Source of the DNA: a virus
DNA: 64,000 bases
Virus record (IMG/VR): IMGVR_UViG_3300045241_000115
Location: 9,960 to 73,959 of that record
Strand: one strand, 5' to 3'
Shown: positions 46,223 to 55,423 of the stretch, piece by piece
Position numbering within the stretch: the first letter of the stretch is position 1
Layout of the letters: the number at the start of each line of letters is the position of its first letter
Program-made: the position numbers and the translations under genes
Notes under the pieces: generated by a model
Database searches by the model: none
Told to the model about the DNA's origin: nothing
Seen by the model: only the letters and a program-made list of their open reading frames with translations

Positions 46223-47598
46223 CAGAGGTTCGCCCAGACGTTCAGGTTGGTGGCGGCGACGAGCTGAAAGGCGCGCGAGGTCGCGTCCGCGTCATCATCG
46301 TGCGGGAGCATGGGGAAGCCCTCGAGCATCTGAAACCAGCGCTCGTTCCAATCGCCGCGCAGCACGAGCACGTTGCCCGCCTGGGCCTGGGCCGAGAACG
46401 GACTGAACCGCGTGATCTTGTCGCCGGTCTCGGGCGAGTACTCGATAGGGAAGCCGGCCAGCATGCGCACGAAGGCGGCGATCTGATGCTTGCCCGCTTG
46501 GCCTGGATCCTGTGGCAGCCCGACCTTGCAGCCGTAACCGTCCTGGCTGGACGTATTCAGCACGACACGCTCGACATCGGCGGGTGTGCCGCGCATGGCT
46601 GAGGCATGCAGCACGATGTACTGGCCTTGCAGCGTGCGGCCGATCTTGACCGATGCCGTCCAGTCCGGATCGTTCTCTTTGGTCTCCGGCGTCGCCGCAA
46701 GATCCCAGCCGCGTCCGCTCAGCACCAATGCTGGCGGGATGTCCACCACACGAACCCACGAGCGGTTGAAGTACAGGCCAGCGGACGGCCTGATCTTCCA
46801 ATTGCCGTTCAACAGCCTTTCGCGTTCGACCGCCGGCAACATCATCAGATTGCCGAGGTACGCCGGGTCGTTGCGCATCAACGCCGGGTTGTCGGCCAAC
46901 TTGGCGGCTATGAATGTGGCGGATTTGATAGTCGCTCTCGATTGCCCGGTTGCGCGCATCGCCTCGTGTTTGCTGTCGAACCAGAGCAGCCCATCGTCGG
47001 GGCCGCGCACGAAGTAGCGGACGACGCCGGAGCGTTCGGCGATCGGGTAGCCGGACTGCTGGTCGATCCACCAGGCGATGAACTCGGCGACCCACGAACC
47101 GGCATCGGCATTGCAGCTCGCGCGGATGTATGGCCGCACGCCGGTCAGACCGCGGTTGCGGGAGAGCAGGTAGAAGAACTGATGGCGGGTGAACGTGGTC
47201 AGCTCGTCGAAGCAGATCAGCGGAACCTGCGAGCCGTGCCAGTCCAGGACGGTGTGTTCATATTCCAAATGGCTGAGTTTGACGCTGCCGCCGTTGGGCC
47301 AGCGCCATTGCAGCAGATGGTTGATCGGGATGCCCTGGCCGTGCGGGAACACCTTCATGCTCTCGGACCACAGCCCGCCCGGGCGACGGATGTCGGTGGT
47401 GTTGCGGCGGAACATCACCGCATCGAAGCCGCGTGTGCGGGAGGGGTAACGCATCGCTTCGAGCAGGAGCGCCCACGATTTGCCCGAGCCGGCGGCGCCG
47501 CCGAAGATGGCGATGTCGGCCGATGAGCTGAGGAAGGCGAGTTGCGGGCCTTCCTGCGGCATGATGCGGCGTTCGGTTTGTCCGATGGCGGCACTCAT
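46222..47598 (-). CDS. terL: terminase large subunit
   Basis: GGAAGSGKS, ICFDELT, ASCN, WDLAAT, QDPGQAG, HDD.AD. Confidence 0.95.
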   Translation of the reverse strand: MSAAIGQTERRIMPQEGPQLAFLSSSADIAIFGGAAGSGKSWALLLEAMRYPSRTRGFDAVMFRRNTTDIRRPGGLWSESMKVFPHGQGIPINHLLQWRWPNGGSVKLSHLEYEHTVLDWHGSQVPLICFDELTTFTRHQFFYLLSRNRGLTGVRPYIRASCNADAGSWVAEFIAWWIDQQSGYPIAERSGVVRYFVRGPDDGLLWFDSKHEAMRATGQSRATIKSATFIAAKLADNPALMRNDPAYLGNLMMLPAVERERLLNGNWKIRPSAGLYFNRSWVRVVDIPPALVLSGRGWDLAATPETKENDPDWTASVKIGRTLQGQYIVLHASAMRGTPADVERVVLNTSSQDGYGCKVGLPQDPGQAGKHQIAAFVRMLAGFPIEYSPETGDKITRFSPFSAQAQAGNVLVLRGDWNERWFQMLEGFPMLPHDDDADATSRAFQLVAATNLNVWANL

Positions 47599-48044
47599 GC
47601 GGCCTCCTCGACCTCGCCTTCAATGATCGGGCCGTCATCGTCAGGCTCGGGCTCGTCGCGATGGTTGGGCGGCATGTAGATGTGCACGGTCTCGGCGCGG
47701 TCCTCGCCGAACAGGCCGTCGAGCACGGCGGCCTCGGCGCCCTTCGGCAATTTCCATTCGTCGCCGGCCCGGGTGAGCAGCCAGAACTTGATGGCCGAGA
47801 CGTTGCCGCTCATGGCCTGTTTGACCAGCGAGGCGCCGATCGCCGCCTTGACCCGCTCGTAGCCGCCAGCGAGTTCATGACGAAAGGCGTGAGCGAACGT
47901 CTTGTTGGACACGCCGATCACCTCACCGCACACCCGATGCGAAATGCCGTTGGCGACGAGGACGCGCACCAGCTCGCGTTGCTCGTCGGTGGGCACAAAG
48001 GCCGGTCGGCCGACGCCCGATTTGCGTGGTGCGGAGGCGTCCAT
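47595..48044 (-). CDS. terS: terminase small subunit
   Basis: GRP.F.PT.EQR..V, HTH, A..G.V.A..FWL..R; directly upstream of terL. Confidence 0.8.
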   Translation of the reverse strand: MDASAPRKSGVGRPAFVPTDEQRELVRVLVANGISHRVCGEVIGVSNKTFAHAFRHELAGGYERVKAAIGASLVKQAMSGNVSAIKFWLLTRAGDEWKLPKGAEAAVLDGLFGEDRAETVHIYMPPNHRDEPEPDDDGPIIEGEVEEAA

Positions 48045-48077
48045 CCATAAATCCTTCGGTTCATTGGTTGTGGGATT

Positions 48078-48398
48078 ATGCCGAGGCCGCTGTTCATTCC
48101 GCTGCGCGGCGAATTCTTCGATGCCTTCGCGCGTGGCGAGAAGACCGAGGAATGGCGTCGGCATGGGCCGCGTTGGAATGACGAGGTCTGTTCGGTCGGG
48201 CGGCGTGTCGTGCTGTCACGCGGCTACTCGGGCGCGCGATTATCGGCCCGGATCACAGCGATTGCGGTGCGTCCTGCGAGACTGCCTGAGGTGGTCGCGA
48301 TCTACGGCAGGGACACGCCGTGCCTGGTTCTGACTCTTCAGGTGGCAACCACGAGACGAGCGGCGAGGTCGCGGTCTTCCATCGCCGGCCCGCAATAG
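48078..48398 (+). CDS. ASCH-domain protein (antisense moron)
   Basis: L.IPL..EFFDAF..GEKT.E.R...RW, SRGY. Confidence 0.75.
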   Translation: MPRPLFIPLRGEFFDAFARGEKTEEWRRHGPRWNDEVCSVGRRVVLSRGYSGARLSARITAIAVRPARLPEVVAIYGRDTPCLVLTLQVATTRRAARSRSSIAGPQ

Positions 48399-49498
48399 GC
48401 GAACACGGCGTTGGGCCGTCCACCGAAGCCGCCGGCCATGTCGGGCGCCGATGAGATGTTGACGTTGCGACGGCTCGGACGCCCTGGCGGCGAGACGAGG
48501 TCCCAGACCGGCGAACGATCGAAGGATCGGATCAGCATGGGGTGCGCCGGATAGGCGTGATAGCGACGAGCCGCGGCGCGATAGGCCGAGGCGACGCGGT
48601 CGGCGAGCACGAAGGCGAGGCCGAGGCCCTGGAAGTCGGGCAGTGTGACCAGCCGGCTCATGCCGTAGATGTTCTTGCTCTTGGCGTGCGGGCGATAAAC
48701 GACGGCTGCGAAGGCGGCCGGAATGCCGCTGACCGACAGGCGATAGCACCGGGAGGCTGGCGGAAGGTCGGCGGTCAGATAGTGAAAGCGAGCGAAGGCG
48801 CTCCAGGCACGATGGTCGACGCGATGGATTTCGCAGTCGAGGGGTGGTCGTCGTTGAAGAGACCTCCAGCGGAAGTCCATGGTGGCCGGGTCGAATATCC
48901 AGTCCGGCTGCAACCAGTCTTCCAGATCGTAATGGCAGGTGGCGGCGACGAAGCGGCGTGAGGCGTCGCGGCGGATGAACTTCTGCACGGCATGGGCGCC
49001 GATCTTGGCCACCTGGCGATCAACCACCGAGGTGAACTCGTCGCAGACCACGGCGGGTTTCCCATCGAACGCGTTCGATGGGGTCCCGTGATCATCGCCT
49101 TCGAGCAGGCGGCGCGCGAGATCGACGCGGAAGCGCTCCCCATTGCTCAGGACGGCGTACGGGCGCAGCCACGCCGGGATGGTGTTGAAACCGACCGCTT
49201 GGCAGATGCGGGCGACGGTCTCGACGCTGTGGCGGCGGTCGAAGTCATCAATCACCGAGGCGCCCGGCCATTCGAAGGACAAGGGCGCGCCGAAGATGCG
49301 GTTGAGAATGGTGGTCTTGCCTGAGCCTGAGGGCCCGACGATCAAGCCGATCTGCCAGGGCTGCTGTTCGATCGGCAATTGGCCGTGCCAGTTCAGCGTG
49401 GCGCGCTCGGTCGGTGGCACGTCGAACATCGATGAGACTTGCGCGGCCCGCGCCGAGTTGGAGATCGGCGAGGTAACGGTGATATCGATCTCGGGCAT
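48338..49498 (-). CDS. ABC-type ATPase fused to GNAT/Mom-like acyltransferase
   Basis: GPSGSGKTT, LSNGE.FR, DEFTS.VDR, CH.D; then F..HYL, SRLVTLPDFQGLGL. Confidence 0.85.
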   Translation of the reverse strand: MPEIDITVTSPISNSARAAQVSSMFDVPPTERATLNWHGQLPIEQQPWQIGLIVGPSGSGKTTILNRIFGAPLSFEWPGASVIDDFDRRHSVETVARICQAVGFNTIPAWLRPYAVLSNGERFRVDLARRLLEGDDHGTPSNAFDGKPAVVCDEFTSVVDRQVAKIGAHAVQKFIRRDASRRFVAATCHYDLEDWLQPDWIFDPATMDFRWRSLQRRPPLDCEIHRVDHRAWSAFARFHYLTADLPPASRCYRLSVSGIPAAFAAVVYRPHAKSKNIYGMSRLVTLPDFQGLGLAFVLADRVASAYRAAARRYHAYPAHPMLIRSFDRSPVWDLVSPPGRPSRRNVNISSAPDMAGGFGGRPNAVFAYCGPAMEDRDLAARLVVAT

Positions 49499-50100
49499 CA
49501 GGTGATCAGGGGCTTGGCGGTCAGGCCGAGGGCGCGGATGCGATCGATGGCGTCGGCCTGGGCGGCCTCGTCGGCGCATTCGACGAGGACTTGGTATTGC
49601 AGTCCGTCATGGAGGCGACGTGTCACGGGGGTTCCTTCGCCGAGGATGGTGGAGATGTCGGGCATGTTGAAGCCGGTCAGCGACAGATCGAAGCCGGCGA
49701 CGCGGAGGTCGCCGAACTCGCCGCGCAGCAGATCGATGTCCCAGCCGGCCTCGAGGGCGAGCTTGTTGTCGGCGATGACGTAGGCGCGGCGCTCGGGCTG
49801 GCTGAGATGTGAGAGATCGATGGTGGGGCCTGTCCAGGGATCGGCGTTGCGCGGGATGGGTTGATTTGCCTCGGCCATCTCGATGGCGGCGGCGAGGCGC
49901 GCATGGCCGGCAATCAGGCCGGACTCGGCGATGAGCATGGGGTTCGTCCAGCCGAAGCGGGCGAGCGAGGCGCGGATTTTAGCGAGCTGGGATTTCGTGT
50001 GGGTGCGTGAGTTGCGCGCATAGGGTTCGAGGTCGCGCAGCGGCCGGTATGTCACCGATAACTGTGTCGCCTGCCGATCGTTACCATTGTGGCGTGGCAT
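49498..50100 (-). CDS. ParB-N-like domain protein
   Basis: PYARNSRTH, FGWTNP, IAGH.RL.AA, AYVIADNKL...AGWD. Confidence 0.85.
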   Translation of the reverse strand: MPRHNGNDRQATQLSVTYRPLRDLEPYARNSRTHTKSQLAKIRASLARFGWTNPMLIAESGLIAGHARLAAAIEMAEANQPIPRNADPWTGPTIDLSHLSQPERRAYVIADNKLALEAGWDIDLLRGEFGDLRVAGFDLSLTGFNMPDISTILGEGTPVTRRLHDGLQYQVLVECADEAAQADAIDRIRALGLTAKPLIT

Positions 50101-50792
50101 GCGGTGGCCTCATGGCGTGAGGATGCGACAAAAGACTGTTTCGCTAGTTGAAACAGTTGCGACAATAACTGGCCGAATATTGCTGCGGGTGCCGTCTGAT
50201 CGTGTCGGAAGCCATTGATCTGACAAGGAAATAATACAGATTGTTCCGTTGCGGCAATCTGCGACTATCGCATTGCTATCGATGATCTTTGACAAATGAA
50301 TACGGATCGCACGCCGCCCCACACGGGGCGCGGGGGTCGCTCGGGGGCCAAGCGCACGTTGCGCGGGGTCGAACCCATCCACGAGCCGCTTACGCGATGT
50401 GCACGTCTACCGCGATCCGATGATCTGTTCCTGATCATTTCCCGTCTTTGACAAATAAATCCGCCACCCTGAGCACGAAACGACATCCGTGGTCGCGCAG
50501 CCTATCGGCGCAATCGGATGCACGTCATGCGAGGGGAGCGGGTTTCATAGGCAACCCAATTCACCGCATTCCCGCGCTTCGGCGCTGCCTGTAAGGCGAT
50601 GCGGGGTGATGTTCGTGGATGTTTAGTTGCATCTCGGTGCAACCCTCTGCCCGTGGCTATCGGGGTGAGGGCGGTTACCTGCCTGCAAGGCGTGCGACGA
50701 AAGCTGACGCGAACAGCACCGGAGTGGTTTGGTGTGTTCTTTTCTTTCTGTTGATTGGCATCGTGTGAAGGCTACGGCCTTTGCGCGATGCC

Positions 50793-50841
50793 GGTCCGGG
50801 ATGTGAGCCATCCCGCTGAACGAGGCCATGAGGCCGAAACC
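50793..50841 (+). ncRNA. type III hammerhead ribozyme with variant core (CUGAACGA)
   Basis: GGUC^ CGGGAUG-UGAGC-CAUCCCG CUGAACGA GGCC-AUGA-GGCC GAAACC; predicted cut after 50796. Confidence 0.7.
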
Positions 50842-50860
50842 CAACAGAAAGGAACATCAT

Positions 50861-51124
50861 ATGACAATGGATCAATTTGTTCTCGGCGCGCGCGTGCGTC
50901 TCGTTCGCCGCGCCGGCGGAAACTACCCGGGTGCGAGTTTCTGCATCGAACCCGGCCCGATCGGCACGGTGATCAAATCGCCCGAGGATTTCTGCGTGGA
51001 CGAGTTCGCCCCGAATGTCGGGGTGCGGTTTGATGACCGCGTTGCCGATCTCGATATGTGGGACAACATCGTGATCGTGGGCGACGACTTCGACGCCACG
51101 GCCGATCATTTCGAGACACTCTGA
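50861..51124 (+). CDS. hypothetical early protein
   Basis: Conserved leader and ATG. Confidence 0.7.
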   Translation: MTMDQFVLGARVRLVRRAGGNYPGASFCIEPGPIGTVIKSPEDFCVDEFAPNVGVRFDDRVADLDMWDNIVIVGDDFDATADHFETL

Positions 51125-51193
51125 GACGAAACACGGCGCGTTGCGTCGTGTCCGTCGGCGCCTGCCCCTCCCGACGCTGATGAGTCAGGGGCA
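51125..51193 (+). ncRNA. type II hammerhead ribozyme with pseudoknot
   Basis: GAC GAAA, stem III ACACGGCGC/GCGUCGUGU, C^51152, stem I CGUCGG/CCGACG, CUGAUGA GUC; UGCCCCU/AGGGGCA pseudoknot. Confidence 0.92.
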
Positions 51194-51212
51194 AACAGAA
51201 AGGAACAACCCT

Positions 51213-51383
51213 ATGCGCAAGCAAATCGAGACGATGAAGACGAAGCTGCAGACGATGCTCGCCCGCGCCGAAGAGAAGGCCGACAGCGAGAACGAGACGG
51301 TCGGCGACAAGTACGCCGCCGTCATGGACGGTCTGCAAACCGCGCTCGACGGCCTGGACGAAGCGTTGCTCGCATTTGAATGA
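51213..51383 (+). CDS. small helical early protein
   Basis: Conserved leader and ATG. Confidence 0.7.
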   Translation: MRKQIETMKTKLQTMLARAEEKADSENETVGDKYAAVMDGLQTALDGLDEALLAFE

Positions 51384-51456
51384 CGAAACGCGCGGTGGAT
51401 GAGACATCGCGCGTCTGCATGGAACCCCGCCCATCCTGCACTGATGAGTCAGGGCG
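51381..51456 (+). ncRNA. type II hammerhead ribozyme with pseudoknot
   Basis: UGAC GAAA ... GUC^51415, stem I UGCA(U)GGA/UCCUGCA, CUGAUGA GUCA; CGCCC/GGGCG pseudoknot. Confidence 0.92.
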
Positions 51457-51475
51457 AACAGAAAGGAACATCACA

Positions 51476-51778
51476 ATGCCAAAGACCACAATCATGCTCA
51501 AGGCCGACGTTGCGCAGCGCAAGGCGCGTCATACGTGCCCCCAGTACGATCAATTCAAGAAGCCATCGCGCAAGGCGTCCAGAGCGAAGATTGATCCGAC
51601 GACAACCGCCGAGGCGGATCAGGCGATCTACGAGGCCGCACTGAGTCAGGTACGCGAGGCGATGCGCCGCTTCGCCGGCCCGCATGCGTCCAAACGCCAG
51701 CTCAAAGAGATCGACGCGGCGCTGAGCGAGGCATTCGGGCAACTCGACGCCATCGCGTACGATCTTGTTTGCATGTGA
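51476..51778 (+). CDS. hypothetical early protein
   Basis: Conserved leader and ATG. Confidence 0.7.
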   Translation: MPKTTIMLKADVAQRKARHTCPQYDQFKKPSRKASRAKIDPTTTAEADQAIYEAALSQVREAMRRFAGPHASKRQLKEIDAALSEAFGQLDAIAYDLVCM

Positions 51779-51847
51779 CGAAACGCGGCGCGCGCAGCGC
51801 TGCGTCTGCACGGACCTGCCCCACCCTGCACTGATGAGTCAGGGGCA
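51776..51847 (+). ncRNA. type II hammerhead ribozyme with pseudoknot
   Basis: UGAC GAAA ... GUC^51806, stem I UGCA.GG/CC.UGCA, CUGAUGA GUCA; UGCCCC/GGGGCA pseudoknot. Confidence 0.92.
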
Positions 51848-51864
51848 ACAGAAAGGAACAACCC

Positions 51865-52059
51865 ATGCCTAAGTTTCGTATCTCATACGAGATCGAATGC
51901 GAGGCCGCCAACGCTGCCGAAGCGTTGGAGGGCTTTTTGTCGTCCGGCCACGTTCACGAGGAAGAGTGGACGGTGACGCGGGTTCATCCGCGGCCATCGT
52001 CTGTCATCGTGACGGCGCGCAACCCGCGCAAAATACGGCGTGACGGAGCGACGCGATGA
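51865..52059 (+). CDS. hypothetical early protein
   Basis: Conserved leader and ATG. Confidence 0.65.
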   Translation: MPKFRISYEIECEAANAAEALEGFLSSGHVHEEEWTVTRVHPRPSSVIVTARNPRKIRRDGATR

Positions 52060-52583
52060 GCGACAGCACTTCCCAGCTTGTCGCTGTTCTCGGCATGTTG
52101 GGATCGCAGTTCGACGGCGAGTGCCTGAACGCGGCCCGGATGGCCGAGAAAATGCGACGCAAGATGGACAAGACGTGGCAGCAATTGCTGACCGCCGGCG
52201 CGTCGTCTCCCAAGGACGAGCTCGGCTGGCTCGCACGCGCGTTGCGTGCCGAGAAAATGGTCAGCGATCTGACGGCGCGTATCGGCAAAATGGAGGCCGA
52301 ACTTGCCGAATTGCGCAAGGCTCGTCCGAGCGCGTCCGCGTCCTCGACCGGCCCACGTCCTCGCAGTCCCGGCTACAAGTACTCACTCAGCGCCGAGACC
52401 GAGCAGATCTTGATCGACAAGATGTTGCTGATCGAACGATCGACCAACGAGATCTATTACATCACCAAATGGCCGCGCGCGCATTTGCGCGTCGTCCTCG
52501 AGCGCATCGCCCATCGCCGCAAACTCGAGCTTCATGTGCGGCGACGGTTCGGCAGCACGTTCTATCGTTTCACGCGTGTCTAA
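52056..52583 (+). CDS. coiled-coil early protein
   Basis: LGMLGS.FDGE.LNAA motif; ATGA overlap. Confidence 0.65.
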   Translation: MSDSTSQLVAVLGMLGSQFDGECLNAARMAEKMRRKMDKTWQQLLTAGASSPKDELGWLARALRAEKMVSDLTARIGKMEAELAELRKARPSASASSTGPRPRSPGYKYSLSAETEQILIDKMLLIERSTNEIYYITKWPRAHLRVVLERIAHRRKLELHVRRRFGSTFYRFTRV

Positions 52584-52694
52584 CCCGTACGGATGCAGCA
52601 TCGTTCGATGCTGTATTCGCCTGGGTTAGCGGGGACTCATTCCGAGTCCCGCCCAGGCATCGCAATCATGCGATGGATACAGAAAGGAACATCC

Positions 52695-53039
52695 ATGCCT
52701 ACCATGAAGACGACATCTGAGCCCCGCGGTCAGACGGCCATCATCTGCAAGGTGCTGCAGCACAAGGACGGTTATACCGCCCAAGAGCTGCTCGCCGAGA
52801 CGGGTGGCACGACGCCGCACAACTCCTATTCGCTCCAGCTCATCGCCGATCGCTTCGGCTATGACTTCGTGTCCCACAAGGGCAGCGAGTACGAGGACGG
52901 GCTGATGCGGTATCGCTTCGTCCGCAAGGCGGCCCGCAAGGCCGTGAGCACCCGTCGCGCCGGCAAGGCGAAGGCGGTTAAGGCGGCGGCCGCGTCGACC
53001 AAGCGGCCTGCGAAGAAGACCGCGAAGTCCAGGGCGTAA
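52695..53039 (+). CDS. HTH-like protein with Lys/Ala-rich tail
   Basis: GYTAQELL..TG; histone-like C-terminus. Confidence 0.65.
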   Translation: MPTMKTTSEPRGQTAIICKVLQHKDGYTAQELLAETGGTTPHNSYSLQLIADRFGYDFVSHKGSEYEDGLMRYRFVRKAARKAVSTRRAGKAKAVKAAAASTKRPAKKTAKSRA

Positions 53040-53171
53040 CACGAGACCGAGCGCGGCGGGCGATCATATCGTCCGCCGCGAACGGACCTGACCCGTACGG
53101 ATGCAGCATCAAACGATGCTGCATTCGCCTGGGCCAGTGATGGTACAGGGCTAAACAGAAGGGAACACCGA

Positions 53172-54173
53172 ATGGCGAGAGAGTTTCTCACGTTGAAGCA
53201 ATTGCGCGAGAGGACCTGGAAGAACCAAGACGAGGCTATTCTGGATCTGAAACGCGCGGGGCTGAAGCCGGTCGGCACCGACTATGTGCTGGGCGAGCAT
53301 ACGCCCGGCAGCAAGGTCTGGCAGTTGCTGGACCGCACGGACGCCGATGGTTCGCAAGAGCCGCCGACGGCCAAGCCGGCGAAGGCCGCGAAGGCTCCCA
53401 AGAAGACGGCCAAGTCCGAACATCCGGGTGACGCCGACATGAAAGCCAAGGCCGCGAAGGCGACCGGCTATGACGTTCACTTCCGAGTCAGTCCGACCAA
53501 GAAGTTGAACGAGCAGGCCGACACGTTGGAGGCGGCCCGTGCGATCGCCGCGCGCATGAATGCCGAACACGGCAAGAATGGGCGACGTGCGATGATCTAC
53601 GCGCGACAGGCGAAGGGTCCGTCCATCCCGATCACAGGCGACGATCCGCCTGTGACGAAGGTGGCGGAGAAGGTGAAGGGCGCGAAGGCGAAGCCCGCCG
53701 ATGCGCCGGAGCCGGAGCCTGCGCCGGAGCCTGCGAAGCCTGCCGAGCCGGCCAACGACATGACGCCGTTGCCGGCGGCCAACGGGCCGTACAACTTCCG
53801 TCTCGATCAGCCGCCGGCGCAGCATTCGCTGTTGCCGACGGCGCTCGAATGGTCGCGCAAGACCGGCTTCGTCGTGGCGATCATCGACAAGGCCGGCAAC
53901 GTCGTGCGCAAGATCGACGGCCGGCTGGGCGGCAAACGTCCTACGCGCACGGCGACGCGCGTGGCAACGCGCACCCCCCGCGCACCGCAGGGCGAGGGCA
54001 AGATGGCCACCGCCACGCGGCTGCTGATGCGTCCCGAGGGCGCATCGGCTGACGAGATCAGCAAGGCGACCGGATGGCCGACCGGGCAACGTCATATCAA
54101 CAAATTAGCGAAGCTCGGCGGGCTGAAGATCGTGAACGTCCGCGACAAACATTGGCGGCTCGTCAAAGCCTGA
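53172..54173 (+). CDS. multi-domain protein with C-terminal DUF3489-like HTH
   Basis: LL.RPEGAS..EI..ATGW. Confidence 0.65.
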   Translation: MAREFLTLKQLRERTWKNQDEAILDLKRAGLKPVGTDYVLGEHTPGSKVWQLLDRTDADGSQEPPTAKPAKAAKAPKKTAKSEHPGDADMKAKAAKATGYDVHFRVSPTKKLNEQADTLEAARAIAARMNAEHGKNGRRAMIYARQAKGPSIPITGDDPPVTKVAEKVKGAKAKPADAPEPEPAPEPAKPAEPANDMTPLPAANGPYNFRLDQPPAQHSLLPTALEWSRKTGFVVAIIDKAGNVVRKIDGRLGGKRPTRTATRVATRTPRAPQGEGKMATATRLLMRPEGASADEISKATGWPTGQRHINKLAKLGGLKIVNVRDKHWRLVKA

Positions 54174-54245
54174 CCCGCGAGGGATGCAGCGTCGGTTGAC
54201 GCTGCATCTCCCTGGGCCAGACCAGGAAACAGAAGGGAACATCAC

Positions 54246-54437
54246 ATGCAATATCACATGCCACTCGATCCGGAATGCCCGGACGTCGCGGCCTTCACCG
54301 AGTCATTGTTCGATGACCCGATGACGACAGCGATGGGCGCGCCGGTCGATGACATCATTGAAGGCTTCGACAGACGACATCGCGCGAAGTGCGCGCGGTG
54401 TCAGGCATTCGGGGCCGCCAACGTGGAGGTGCGCTGA
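54246..54437 (+). CDS. small Cys/His (Zn-binding?) protein
   Basis: C...H...CARC. Confidence 0.6.
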   Translation: MQYHMPLDPECPDVAAFTESLFDDPMTTAMGAPVDDIIEGFDRRHRAKCARCQAFGAANVEVR

Positions 54438-54655
54438 TGAAGATCGGTCCGTGGACGGTGCATGCCTCGATCACGAGCGATCGGGTGTGCGAAGCCGTGG
54501 AGCGTCATCTGACCAGCTTGGACAACCCGGGATTTTGCCTCGCTTGCGGCGCGGATGCAGAAGGCGTTGAGCCGGACGCTGAAGGCTACGAGTGCGAAAT
54601 CTGCGAGGAGCCCGCCGTTTGGGGCGCCGACCAGCTTCTCATCTATCTCGCCTAA
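54437..54655 (+). CDS. Zn-ribbon protein
   Basis: GFCLACG....VEPDA..Y.CE.C....V.GA. Confidence 0.7.
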   Translation: MKIGPWTVHASITSDRVCEAVERHLTSLDNPGFCLACGADAEGVEPDAEGYECEICEEPAVWGADQLLIYLA

Positions 54656-54739
54656 CCCGCGACCGATGCAGCGACACGTTCTCTGCATCTGCCTGGGTTA
54701 GACAACGGGGGCCAGGCCCCGAACAGAAAGGAACATCAC

Positions 54740-55063
54740 ATGCGAAAAACTGCCATGACGCCGATCGAACGTGATCGATTGATGGTGCTGTCGCCGGGCG
54801 AATGGCCGAAGTGGCCAGTTCTACCGCTCATGCGGCGGGATGGCGATTTTCATGCCGACGACGCGGCGGGATTTCTTCTCGCCGTGGTCGATCAGTCGAG
54901 ACCGGTCGTTTATCTCGGCACGATCTATCGGACCGACGACATCGCCACAGAAATCAAACAGGAAACCGGCAAAAGAGCCAATTGGTCCCAGATCGTGGCC
55001 AGACTCCCAAAGCGGGAGTTCGACACGTTGGATGCCATGCTCTCCGCATATCGCATCGACTGA
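54740..55063 (+). CDS. hypothetical early protein
   Basis: Conserved leader; WP.WP.LP..R. Confidence 0.7.
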   Translation: MRKTAMTPIERDRLMVLSPGEWPKWPVLPLMRRDGDFHADDAAGFLLAVVDQSRPVVYLGTIYRTDDIATEIKQETGKRANWSQIVARLPKREFDTLDAMLSAYRID

Positions 55064-55149
55064 CCCGCGACGGAAGCAGCATCACTGATGCTGCTTCTGC
55101 CTGGGTCAGTTTTACCGCGCCACCAGGGGCGCAACAGAAAGGAACAACC

Positions 55150-55422
55150 ATGACTACACGGATGACCATCGGTGCCGTGCTGAAGGCGAAAGCCGGCAAG
55201 CACGATCCCGAACCGGTCTATTGGATCAGCGAGCCTCCCGCTGTCTGCGAGCTTTGCGGACAGAAGATCAAGGAAACGTTCGCTGATGCCCGGACGGTTC
55301 AAGGGCCTTGGGGCTCCTTGGATCTGAAATGCCTGCGCATCCACGGTGTGGGTGTCGGCAAGGGCAAGGGCCAGGTCTATCGTCGTCAGGACGATGGGCG
55401 CTGGCTGAAGGTCGAGGGCTGA
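55150..55422 (+). CDS. Zn-finger-like early protein
   Basis: CELC...F.DART..GPW....C...G.G.G.G.GQ.Y. Confidence 0.7.
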   Translation: MTTRMTIGAVLKAKAGKHDPEPVYWISEPPAVCELCGQKIKETFADARTVQGPWGSLDLKCLRIHGVGVGKGKGQVYRRQDDGRWLKVEG

Positions 55423-55423
55423 C

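Noticed and set aside
53088-53137. The hairpins as twister-sister ribozymes (ACCCG...UGGGU basal stem)
   Set aside because: No multi-way junction and no conserved UGCAAGU-type loop
52577-54703. The 50-nt hairpins as integron attC sites (GTCTAAC...GTTAGCG; GCCTAAC...GTTAGAC)
   Set aside because: Only 2 of 11 copies keep AAC/GTT, the elements are shorter than typical attC, wobble pairs favour the top strand rather than the bottom, and I saw no integrase in the window
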